A stretch of 64,000 bases of DNA from Haplodiscus bocki (lineage: Eukaryota), in contig OZ296652.1 of NCBI GenBank assembly GCA_965655095.1, positions 71,920,001 to 71,984,000 of the forward strand, given 5' to 3'. The position numbers were made by a program, and so were the translations under genes. Below are positions 50,801-62,599 of the stretch, in pieces. The number at the start of each line of letters is the position of its first letter. Position 1 is the stretch's first letter. Below the pieces are notes generated by a model. The model worked only from the letters and a program-made list of their open reading frames with translations. It searched no databases and had not been told where the DNA came from.

Positions 50801-52949
50801 CATTAAAAATGTAAGTCAATGAGTCTTTCGAGCAGATTCATATTAGAGTACAAGAAAAGCTGATATGACTGAGCAAGACAGAAGTATCACAAAGTCAGAG
50901 TTTAAACTGCATACAGAAATGCATTTCGGTTTCCGATGAAAACATCTCTGTATGCAAGCAATATCAATAGCTTGTGATTACGTTCGTGATACTATCGATA
51001 CAAAGCTCACGGGTTTTGTCTGCTCCATTATTTTTGAAAATGTCACCGAGTCATCAGAGTGCCCGTTATTGACGCAAAAAGCGCTCAAACACGGTTTCAG
51101 ACAACTAAAATCCAAAATTAATGAAAGTTATCTCTTCGACCGAAGGCAATTGGTCTCTGACAGTTTGAAGAGATCTTCTGTGGTTCCAATATTAATCGGC
51201 ATACTGCTTGCTTCCACGCTCCACCCTTTTCTTTTCCGTATAGGCTCTTCTGATTCAACCGATATTTTCTCGTTGAACTCGGAAATGCCCTTTTTCGAAG
51301 GTGACATCAATTTTACAAGTAGGCTAATGAAACTGAAGACACGACAGAAGAAAGTGACCAAGAGGCCGCCTGGTTTTCAGTGAAAATAATTACATGTTTT
51401 GCTTCAAATTGTGCCCTTTCCAGTGTCAATGATGAACGAACGAAAACAACCATTTTGATCAAAAAAGTTTGTGATGAATCCCCAAGTAAGTATTTTGGAA
51501 TTCTTCTAGCTCCAAAACCGGACATTCATGAGCCAATTTTTTTCATGACTCGGATTATCAACACGTTTTCTGGATGAATGTATAGGGCCAGGCACCTGAT
51601 TCCCAACAGAGTTCTTCGTTCTTTTCTGCAGTTCGTGCTCAACATCAATTATGCAGTACGGAACACAGATATAATCTGGAACCGGAGCACTATAGCCGCC
51701 ACTAATCAATTTCAGCACACAGTTTTGGAGCCAATTGTTGCTGGAAAATCAGAGAGTTTTCACGAATATAACAGACAATGAAACATATTTGTCTGCTTTT
51801 GAGCTGTTTACCTCTGAAGTTTCCGATAGAATCTCAAACAAATGAGATCTCGTTCCACGCTGAACTTTAAAGGCCAACTGAACAAAATGTATATACTCAT
51901 CAGACTGAATGATCTGTTGATAATTTTTTGTCTATACACAAACAGTAAATCCATAGTACAATACAAAACATTTTACGTAATACAAGCCTTGGTCAATTAG
52001 CATGTGTTTGTTTGCAGTCAATTTGAAGACTTTCATCATCCATGGAACCAAACGCTTTTTTATAGAAATCTGCAATCTTTATATTGCTGGTGGCAGATCT
52101 CTAAAGGAATTTTTGTTTATAGACAACCAAAACACCTTTATAACACGTCTGCAGTATGTATGAGTTCCTCCGGTGACCTTGACCCCTATTTCCAGTTTTT
52201 TTAAACAATTTTTATTTCTTTCGGGCTTCCCGTGTGTTTCGGCAAGATAGTACTTGCACACAATGCCCCCCAAAATTTAACTATGTACTTTCTCAGGCTT
52301 TGAAAAATGACTTTGAACTGGTAAAAAAGTCAGAAACTTTTTCTCTTTTTTTTTGTAAACTCGGGATCTTCCCACCAAAAGGAAAATTTTTAATGTGAAA
52401 GAGAAAATCGTATGATAAACGTCCTTCGCTCGTAACATTTTTTTCAAAAACTTGTTTACTGCTGTTCAACACACGACGAAATAGTCTGCTGTACAGACTC
52501 GTTGCAATTTTGTTTCGGTATTCTTACTTCGCAATATACATCTTAGTTGAAATACAAAGATTTTGGAGCTATCGTTTTTGTGTTTTCTCCTCATTTTTTA
52601 ACTCACAACTTTCTTTCGTAACTGCTCCATGTTTGAATTGTCTGAAAGGGACTTGAGGACGAGCTGTATAAGCTATCGTTCTTTGGTTATCAGGTACTGA
52701 TGAAACTAGGAAAATCGTTTCTCAGCTTTTTTTCACACAAAGTAATTATATAAACCTTCTACCGTTCAGAATACAATTCTTTTAAAATACTTTAACTATC
52801 AACTTTCGAGTCCTACATTTTTCCTGCGCTCGTTAAAAAGGCTTGAAATTTTCTTTCCCGCCATGCGATTGATACTGGCGAATTAGAAAGTACGGATTTA
52901 GTCTCAAAACCCGCGCGATTCCATTGTTAAGTGAAAAAAACAAATGAAA

Positions 52950-55820
52950 AAACAGAAAAGAAACCTAAAAAACTTGTTTGTAGGATGACGTCAAACCGGG
53001 ATTTAGCTAGCGAACTAGTGCTCTTGGGGTTCCACAACGAAGTCGAAAAGTTTTTACTGTTTTTTGCCAGACGTCTTTACACATGACAAAAGAATCAAAA
53101 GAAGTGTCGTTCCTTTTTTCACTCACATCTTGCGAAGTTACGAATATTACTAGCTTTTGCAGACTTGTTAGCGTCTTTTATAAAGCATATGCCCGGCCTC
53201 ACTGCGTTCTGTTACCAACATGTGGAACTTTTTACCACCTGATTTTAGCTCTGCAGAGAAATGAGTTCATTGAAGTCCACGTTTTGTCCCAAATAATATT
53301 ATGACATAATTTAGGGTTTTCCGACAACACAGTCAGTTATCTGAAAACTTTCCCGTTTTGTACCGAACAAAATCAACTTAACTTTTTATAACACTTCAAT
53401 TAAAAACGACAGGTAAATGAGCATACGAAAATTTTCGTCTTCCTAAAAACTATGTCCTTGATTTCAAAAATGCTTTTCACTCCAAAAACTTGATAGATTT
53501 TTCGTCAAAAAACTACATCGAGATCTGAATTTTTTCTGAGCATCAAACACTCACAAAAATCGTTTAGATAACATTTTAATTTCCAGGGAAGTCTTGTTGT
53601 TCTGTCGCTATTGTGCGAACGAGCTAGAAACACATGTGATATTAAACATTCTAGTTACTCGAAGTTAATTTCCTCCAAAACCACCTGCAGGACTAGTTTC
53701 ATAAAGGCCTGGCCAGCAATCTCAAACTTTAAAAATTTATTCAGCGAACGCATTGCTTATTCAATCTAGCACAGAAAACCTGATAAGCTGAAATTACTTC
53801 GAGGTACATAACCGTTGTACCGGTCTTGATACTAAAACTCGATTTCGTTCAGAACGACTGGTTGCTTTTCCTCCATCATCGACTCGACAAGTTTGCACAG
53901 ATTTTTAAAAAGAACAAACGCATGGTTTTTATCCTACAACGGAAACTTGGCCGATTGCAATTAGTGAAAACTCCAAACTTTGATTTCTTGTCACAACCTA
54001 AAACCTAGTTTTTTTTCCAAAACTAACGGTCCGCTCTCCTTCATCATCATCCCAATCAATTACTTCCAACGTGTAGAAAATAACTGACTCAAAGCCTTCT
54101 GCAGTCCGGTCTTTGCTCTAGAAAGAAAATTTTTGGGCCAAAATTGACACAAAAATGTTGTTCCTAGATTTGATCTTGAAACTGAAACCTGATTCTTTTT
54201 AAAACGACTGCTAATTTTTATCCACCAAGTTCTAAAAAGAAACTTTTCCTCGTTTGAGAAGTTAGAAGGGTGTGAAATATTGCACTCAATTTTTTGTAAA
54301 AGATACCTGACAGGCGGAATTTCCGAAAATGGCAATCAGGTAAAATTGGCTAAGATCTTCAAACTGAATTTTCTTCACAGATGTACCTTCTGGATTTTTT
54401 CTTTCAAGGTCTGGAATGCCAGTTTTTCACTTTTAAAAAGCATTCAAAAATGAGAAACTTCTTTTCCGTCGTTCAAACGGAATCCTGACGGATGAAAATT
54501 GCAATATATTCTGGGCAATAATGTTTTTTTTTTGGAAAATACACCTCTTCTACTAATATACTGACTGCCGATTTTCATCCGTTAACGCCTGAATCACGAA
54601 ATTTTGAAGATTACTCAGTAGGAGTCTTTGATGTTTCAAACTGCGAGATTTAAGGTTGTTTGTTAGGCCTTATTGGTCACAAGTTTATTATTGGTAGTAC
54701 TAAGAATGATACTTAAACTCGGTTTCCTTCAACTCCACTGCTGCATCTCTTCAATCAGTTTTGAAAATGATCTTCTTTACATATACAGAGTATTTCAATT
54801 CTAAAAGATGAGGTTTCTTTCTTTGCAACAAAGAATTAATTGGTATTTCTGTCAGACATCACGGAAAAAACAGTTTTTTCTGGATTGGATGTTCAAACTG
54901 TTTTGCCTCAAAAACCACTGGCAGCAGTTCGTCCTTGAATGTCTCCATCTACTGTTTTCTACTTGCAGGAAACTTTTGAATTATAGGAAAAAGTGGTTCG
55001 TGCTTTTGTTAACTAGCATTCTACAATTTTGAAACCTATGTTTTTGCAAAGTTACCTGCTGGAGTTTTCCATCAAGATGTCAATGGACATAGTCTACTTC
55101 AGGAGAGTTTTCATTTCAAGATTATGAGTTTTGCTGCCTGCAGTAATACTTGACAGGTTGAAGTTGCACATGTTTTCAAATATGAATCTTGCACCTCTAT
55201 ATTCATACTGATTCGTTTCCAAAACTGCTGGCTAATGTTTTTTCCATCAAGGTCTGAAGTGGAAAATTTTCTACGCGTATCAGGATATTTAGAAAAACAT
55301 GTTCAAAATTTTATGGTTACTCGATAAACATAACGCGATATACGTTCCTTGCACTGGAATTCTGACAGGCCGAGATTGTCAAAAGTCCAATTTGTAGTGG
55401 TTTTTCTGCCTACTTAGACTAATTGTTCTCCGAAATTAATGACTTGATTTCCACCATGAAGGTCTCACTAGACAGTTTTATTTTTTCAAGATTTTGTAAA
55501 TCCAGTTGAAATATCTCGAGTTTTTTACTTTGTTCCGGAGCACTGATAAATCGATAATGCCATGAAATGCATAAAGCAAGGGTTGAGTTTATACTTGAAG
55601 AAAGTGTTCGAAACTAGATTGAAACCTTTCCTGTTGTTCATTTTTTTGAACATTTGGAAAAACGGGTCATTGAAACATCGAATTTGGGAGAAATAGTTGT
55701 CCGTGATAGCCGTCTGTCCTATTCACTGAATGAATATAAAATTTGAACAATTCATTTCGAGAATAAAATATTTTTGAATGGATTTACGCTGCTGAACATG
55801 TGCTGCCACTGTCCCGCTGT
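52950..55820 (+). pseudogene. Protein-primed family B DNA polymerase (Polinton/Maverick type), heavily decayed
   Basis: Motifs in the expected order: ITSFCRLVS plus Cys/His (53083-53304), DWLLFLHHRLDKFA (DSxxFxxxSLxKL), GFYP, GGIS (54313), DENCNIFWAI (54491; DxNxLYGxAM), AVILDRLKLHMF (55140; ILDxSKxxMY), LYIHTDSF (55195; YxDTDS), KARV (55573; KAKG). Confidence 0.75.
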
Positions 55821-56519
55821 AACCGGCAAGTGTGAACCAAATCAACCTACTGTAGGGGCTTGAAATATTTACACGACTGCTACCATTGCTTCAGTTATTT
55901 GAGACCATCGAATTGCACAGCCTTCTACAAATATTCTATAGTCGAGTATTGGAGTTCTAGACCTCCGACCCTCCTGGAAAGAAAAATCTAAACTTTTAAG
56001 AGTAGAGTATTGAGTGAAACAACACAAAATTCCAAATTTTTCCCTAAACCACGGTTCGAAATTTTTGTATACCCTTACATGCTTTGATCCCTACGCGAAG
56101 CTCCAACTTGTGCCTTCCTGGGTTGCCCTTTTCTGAGGTATTAATTGAGGTAACTGACGCTTAATCAAAATTGGCTTTCAATACAGTCAACTGTACTTGA
56201 GGGGTATTTCATGACTTCTATAAAAACAGAAACTATAGCAATCAAATTTTTAGGATGTTCACATTTTTGATTGGATTGGGATAAAAATTTGAAAGCATAT
56301 GAAACAAGACGGCTGGCTCCCACCGGCATATCATATTTTCCGCATCTCCATTTTAACAAAGATGCTTTGTGAAAAAATGAAAGCGTTTTTTTTTCAAAAT
56401 ACTCTCTATCTTCATCATATTTTAATTTCCAACTTTGAAAATATTCTGATTATTGGCCAAAAAACATCTCAATTAAGGCGGAAAAGACGTGTTTAAGAAG
56501 TAATATCATTTTATATGCA

Positions 56520-57255
56520 TCCTGCAGCAATTTTGCCAGCTTTAGCGATTTTGAAAAAAAATCCAACCTTTTTGTTCGAAAAGATCCAAATTTTCTTGGT
56601 TTTTGAGAAATCTCTTTATATAAGTCGCTTTCTACGGCAAGTTTGCTGTAATTTAGCCATTAAAACATTTTCAGGGTCAGGAAGTGTCTGAAGTCGGACA
56701 TTATGGATTGGCAGGTCAGCGTAGAAAAAACGTCGGATTTGACCGTTTTGAGTGGATGATTTTCCTTCTATATTTTATTTATGGGCGGAAAATAATATTA
56801 AACCCAGAGACATATCTGCAAAAAGTTTTCTAGTGAACATGAATTTCACGATAGTAAATTATAAAGGACGCCGGGATGCCATCGGTATACTTTTCGCCTA
56901 CCAACTTTGTTGAAAATGCATTTTAGAAAAGGGGGTTCTATTGAAAAAAACTATCTTATATACGTTCAGCCAATTTGTCCCCTTTTTCCAACGTCACAAA
57001 ATTTCAGAATTTTTCCGAAAGCCCCGAATCTCGGTCCATAAAAAACTATTTTCAAGAATTATTAGCATTCTACAGCAATATTGCATTAATACGCATTCTA
57101 CAGCAATATTGCTCCTTTCTCCTATTTTGAAAGAAAAATCGGATATTTTGTTCAAAAAATTCGGAATCGTTTTTTTGTCGAAGAAAGGAGTTCTTAAGTT
57201 TTTAAGAAGCCATTTTACACGCTTTCTGCAGCAAATGTGGTATAATTTGCTGGTG
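56520..57255 (+). repeat. Dispersed CTRCRGCAA motif cluster including a 20-bp direct repeat
   Basis: The motif occurs at ~56522, 56632, 57070, 57098 and 57226. GCATTCTACAGCAATATTGC is exactly duplicated at 57065 and 57093. Confidence 0.6.
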
Positions 57256-58629
57256 AAATGTTTCTAAGGTCCAATTCTTAGTTTTGCCATTTTACCCGAA
57301 TTGTGAAACTGACCAAAAAAGCAAAAACTGGAAGTAAATGACCCTTGTAGATGTTTCTTGGTTTTTCTTGCGTTGTATCACAAAAATTTTTATTTTGGTA
57401 TTTAAAAAGTGTAATAGATGCATATGGGAAGTATCATGAGAAAAACTTCGGACCGTTACATACAGTAGTTTGCATGATTATATGCATGCGGTGAGGGGAT
57501 AATTTTGCTTTCACATATCAAAATATGAGCGGAAAATCAAATATTTGACTATGGTGTCGAATTCCGAGGGGACATACATTTTTGAGAAGTGGAAAATCTT
57601 ACTCAAAGGGCTGACATTTTTCAAAGTTACAGTATCCTTTTAAAATTCTGGAAAAGTCTTGATATCTTTTTGCCATTAATCTTGAAAAAAGTCGTACTCA
57701 GTATAGTTTTGACAATAAGCCTCCAAAACTTTGCTGTGAAAGAAACATTTGTCGCTTTACGTTGTAGGTTCATGATTTGCTTGTAGGTGAAGTGTGTAAA
57801 GCAGTGGATTACAAGTATCCATAACTTTGATCCATTCTCCCGGCAGAGAAAAATCGTGTAATTTTTTTAATCGAGCAAATCTGTGCATCTACAGTCAGTG
57901 ATGTCCATTTCTATTTTTAATTTATTTTAATTTAAAATTTTCAGTTACATATAGATTACTTTTTATAATTTACGTTGGCGAAAAAAAATAAATAGTCAAC
58001 TTAGCCGTCGTAAAATGGAAAAAACCTGTTTTACTTTTTGAAAATTAAGTCATTTTTCTTTTGCTTGCGACGTGTTACAAAACGTTGCACGTAATTTAAC
58101 TTAGCCTGAGTGTTTGAGCATTTGATGGACCGGGAAACACGTGATCAAAAGGGCGACTACCTTTCAAGGAGGTCTTCGATTTGATCAGTCGGCAAACTTG
58201 CAATTTAAATTTTTAATTTCACTTGATTTCTTTGTTATCAGCAATTTATTAGGTTAAATTTACCTTTAAATAAACAGAAATGGACCTCACTGTCTACAAT
58301 ACACTTTCGTATCTAAGTATAACTCTAAAACAATTTCAACTTCTTGTGCTGAAATTGCAAGCACATAGTTTGATTTTGCTGTATTCAATTTTTTAAAGAC
58401 GAAACAATTTGAAACGCACCAACTAGCTCAGCATCTTCTTGATTTTTTCAAGTTCCTGGTAATGATTTCAATCAATTTCATCTGAGAAAAAGAGAATTTT
58501 CAAGCCTCTCAAGCCCTCAAAAATGGAACAAACTTAATAAGGATTTTTTTACCATTTTCTGAAATATCAAGAAATTAGCAGCTAACATTCAATATATCCT
58601 TTAATTCACATGGAAGACTCATTATTGAT

Positions 58630-59017
58630 TCAAACGTTACAACAAAGCTTACGCAATGCATTGTTTATCGTTTCCCGGAACCACACGTTGACAGAGTAAA
58701 AAATCAAAGGATTCATATTGAATCCGAGCACGAAGAGCAGCAAGAGACTACTTTCACCCCTCGGATTTGGGTTGGGTCCTCCTGTAAAGTTGTTGACTGT
58801 CTCCACAACTGCGTAGGGTACATTTGTGAGACCAAAAAGCAAGGCAACGTTGATGAACATAACTTCCGTCTGAGCATCCGAATCTTCGCTGAAGCCAAAA
58901 GTTGTCGACAAATGGTTTTTCACATACTCTTTTGCTCCACTGAAAAACCAAGTGAGCCTCTCCAGCTGAATTCTCAAATTTTCAATATACTCCTGTGTCG
59001 TTGTTGAAACCTCAAAG
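58630..59017 (-). CDS. Terminal exon of a rhodopsin-like (class A) GPCR: end of ICL3, TM6, TM7, helix 8
   Basis: Acceptor tttatatcttcag| at 59018. Open frame FEVSTT...VMFINVALLFGLTNVPYAVV (TM6 with Pro), LLLFVLGFNMNPLIFYSVNVWFRE (NPxxY-like, helix-8 FR), and terminal LCC. Confidence 0.85.
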
Positions 59018-59701
59018 CTGAAGATATAAAATAGTTGACAATAAAAAAAGCGTTACCACTTTATCAATTATGTAACTCCAAGTCACAAAATTTTTTTGCA
59101 AGGAGAACGTTTTAACTTGCAGATTCGAAAAGTCGACTCCTTGGCATCACGATTTATTTCAAATATTGCCTGGATAAGAAACACTTCATTATAGTCTTTT
59201 CGGGAACTAATGGATTTTGAAACTTTTAATTCTTATTTACAAACACGTATCGTTTCTCGAACTATTTCGCGTATCGCAGAACAAAAGCTTAATGCGGGTT
59301 CCGTTGTACATACCTGACATTGAAAACCCTTAAGGTGAAGAATTAAGGGATTAAACCAAATTAGTAAAGAAATAATGTTGCATGTGTTTACACTTTCAGA
59401 AGCCATCTAATCTAGCGTTTGGAAGCTGTCCCTGATTGGCCAGTTTTTACATAAAAATCTGGTTCCCGCTGCCTTGACGTTGAGGCCGCTGGCGGTTGTA
59501 CATGCTTGTTGATTTGAAAAAACCTGCGCGTTTCATCATTCAACTCATTTCTGTTCAGTATCAACCAATCAACAAAGCTAGCGCGTTGCTTTTCTGTACA
59601 CAATTTGTGGGTTGTAGTCAAGATCGCTTGTTTGAAATTGTTCTGACGACCACATAGTGTGAGCCTATCACCGTGTTGCAATAGCAAACACTTTATTTTG
59701 A

Positions 59702-59914
59702 GAATCTTTTTTGTTAACTCCCCGCCTCCCACCCCCACTGATTTAACCCCCTCCCCCTCCCACGCCATAATGGATATGCGAAATAATAAGCGGTGTAATG
59801 GTTTAACTCACGCGCGGGTGAATTTTAGCCAATCAGTGACCAGTTAGCTTCCGCGTCGGGAGAGTTAAAATTCTCGTTACTGCTGGTGGGGGGAGGAGTT
59901 AACTGAAAAGATCC
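59702..59914. mobile_element. MITE copy A (in the putative GPCR intron)
   Basis: Ends GAATCTTTTTTGTTAACTCC and GGAGTTAACTGAAAAGATCC. Flanks tattttga / taatttgg match at 6 of 8 positions. The body is highly similar to 61797-62009. Confidence 0.85.
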
Positions 59915-60387
59915 TAATTTGGCTGATGGTTTTTTCTGCAAGTTTGTGACGCAAGCAACAAAGAAACTAACCCACAGAGAACATGACCTAAACGCTGAGT
60001 TTGCTGTGAAGTAAGTGAGTGTTTCAATCAAGAACTTACGGAACTGTTGTCGCAAATTTGAGGCATTCAAAAGCAAAAGGCAGAGATGTTCGAGACTACT
60101 GTTTACTAAGAATATATTTCAATAAAAACAATAAATAGATTTATTTTCAATCCGGTAAAATCGAAAGATGTTCATTAATCAACGAAATACTTTTTTCAGG
60201 TTGTCAAATCTACTCTATGGGGCCTCGGTGGACCTTGGATCAAGCCAGTGGTCTCTTCGTTACGTTTCGTGGAGCTTGTCGAAGTTCTTTCTTTAGGCCA
60301 CAGAGTCGTTCTAATTGTTTAGTCAGCGGATCAGTAGATGCCTTGTTTTATCTAGCTTCCTCCTCGGACGTAACGGAGGTACTTAAC

Positions 60388-61400
60388 CTGCTAGTAGCAA
60401 GGTTAACACCCTCTGGTTCGTGACCAATCAAACGGTGAATCTCATCACTGGTCTCTTTAGTGCCCACTCCTTCGTCAATTGGGGTGCTCATTCCGGTTCA
60501 AAAAATGTTAGTACGGAGTTAAGGTTTTGAATTAGTTTTGCTGTGGTTAAAAAATCGGGTTCAAATATTTACAAGAGGAATTTACTTGTTTAATGATGTC
60601 TCGTAATCACGATCAACAGTAATTGTTTAGAGACCCGGTGGAAACTGAGTTGTGTCGTTAATGAGTGTATTCTGACGTTACTGCGTGTCTAATGACTTGA
60701 GTTTCCCGTGCTGGGTGATAAATTATTGATAATTGGGAACGTGAAACTTTTGTTCACTAACATTGGTTACTTGCTTTAGCACCTTCCTTAACATTTACGT
60801 GACAACGTTAAACCAGCGTGAAATCCATTAATATGGCCTCAATTACAAATTGCACTTTGATTGACTTCACGCCGATGTCTCTTCTTTGTTGTGGCGATAT
60901 TTGTTTATTATGGTAGTGGGTAACAAGGAATAGCTTCCAGCACATATATGGTGGCTCAATATAGCGTTTCATTATTGATTTGAAACTATGGCTGTATAAG
61001 ACGCGCGAAGCACTTCGCTAGACAGCGCTCAGCAGTGATGCTTGGATTAGGATTGAAATATTTCATTCCTAGAGCGAAAATGAGAGCTCGTTAAACTAAC
61101 TAAAATAAACTGCAGTGAACGGATGGTGTTTAGCGATGCGGCTGTAATATTTCACAAGTGCTATGACAAGCAAAGTAATAATAGCATAGGATAGTGCACA
61201 GTGATGTCGATGTAGCTCCTTAGAATACATAGAAAAGTTAATCACGTTCATAACTGATAGGTAGGAAATAATAGTACAGAGAGGCGTTCATATCGTGTTT
61301 TGAATATATAACTGCATAAAATGTTTTTCCATGATGCAGCAACAATGCTCGCATGTCGATGTATAAGGTGATGATAAATAGCATAAGGGCTTTATACATA
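60388..61400 (-). pseudogene. Disrupted 5' part of a class A GPCR (TM1-TM3, ECL2, ICL3)
   Basis: GKTFYAVIYSKHDM /frameshift/ TPLCTIISYLSVMNVINF (ICL1-TM2), then CALSYAIITLLVIALVKYYSRIAKHHPF (TM3, DRY position), followed by stops. Donor AG|GTTAAGT at 60387 is phase-compatible with the 59018 acceptor. Confidence 0.65.
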
Positions 61401-61796
61401 TAACATAGGCTACTCGCATAATCATACTATATAATTCATATTTCCATCATGCGAAGGCAAGACGCAGGCTATCGATCTGAAGTGAATTCCTCGCACTTCA
61501 AGCCTTGTTGAACCTCTATTCAGTCGTGCCAAGAAAGATTATCCGTGATCACGGAAAAAAGTCCTCCCAATGCTCCTCGAATCACTCATGTTCTTACTTG
61601 ATACCGTTAATATGGGGAGTTTGTATCAATACAACGAAGTTTTGATTGCGAAATATTTTTTCCTCGGATCGAATTTATTAAACATATCTAAACATCCCAG
61701 CTCTTGGTGATTGCTGTTTCGTTTTTCTTAAAATTTTTCGATAGCTCTGACAATTTTATCAATTAAAGCTGCAACAAGATCCTCAGAAGCAATTTC

Positions 61797-62009
61797 GGAT
61801 CTTTTCTAAACCCCTCCACTGTTTTACCCCCTCCCCTTCCCACGCCATAATGGATATGCGAAATAATAAGCGGCGTAATGCTTTAACTCAGGCGTGAGTG
61901 AATTATAGCCAATCAGAGACGAGTTTGCTTCTGCGTGGGGATGGGGGGGTTGAGTTAAAATTCTGTTACTACTTACTACTGGTGGGGGGGGAGTTAACAG
62001 AAAAGATCC
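61797..62009. mobile_element. MITE copy B
   Basis: TIR GGATCTTTTCT / AGAAAAGATCC. Flanks gcaatttc / gaaatttc match at 7 of 8 positions. Shares CCCACGCCATAATGGATATGCGAAATAATAAGCGG with copy A. Confidence 0.88.
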
Positions 62010-62599
62010 GAAATTTCAAAAAAAAATTTGATGGAGTGATTTGAAATCATGTAAGTGCCGTCGGTAAGGACCACTTATCCATGCAAATATGTTTTGGTGG
62101 CAGAGAGTCCACAACAGCCTTAAAAAGGAATAGCAGCTATAACATTAGCGCTTAGTGTCGAGACATCTTTCCGTATAATCATACAACGGGAACTCGGCTT
62201 TCCAGACCCTATTGGCTAACCCTTGCGTTTTGGAATAAATACCGGAGTTTTTTCCGTAAACTCAGCTACATTGTAAGATATGTGAATAATTTGTGGGTTC
62301 ATGAATGTAGGACAAGGAACGAGAACTCTTCCGTTGAAATTTTTAAATTCAGAGGATAAGGAGCTCACTGATGAACTCTATGGGAACGAAAGTACGCAAT
62401 TGAAAATATGGGTCGAAACATCGAGACGCAAAGTGATTTGTGGTTACTACCTTTCCTGATAGCTTGTTTTTTCTCTTCTCGTCTTGTCTTATTTTGTCTA
62501 AACTTGTCTGAGAAATGCTGTCATACTTTAGGTTTACCTTCCTCTCATTTGAATTCATTATTGTCCCTGGTCCTGTTCGTGACAGCTTATAATCGACCG

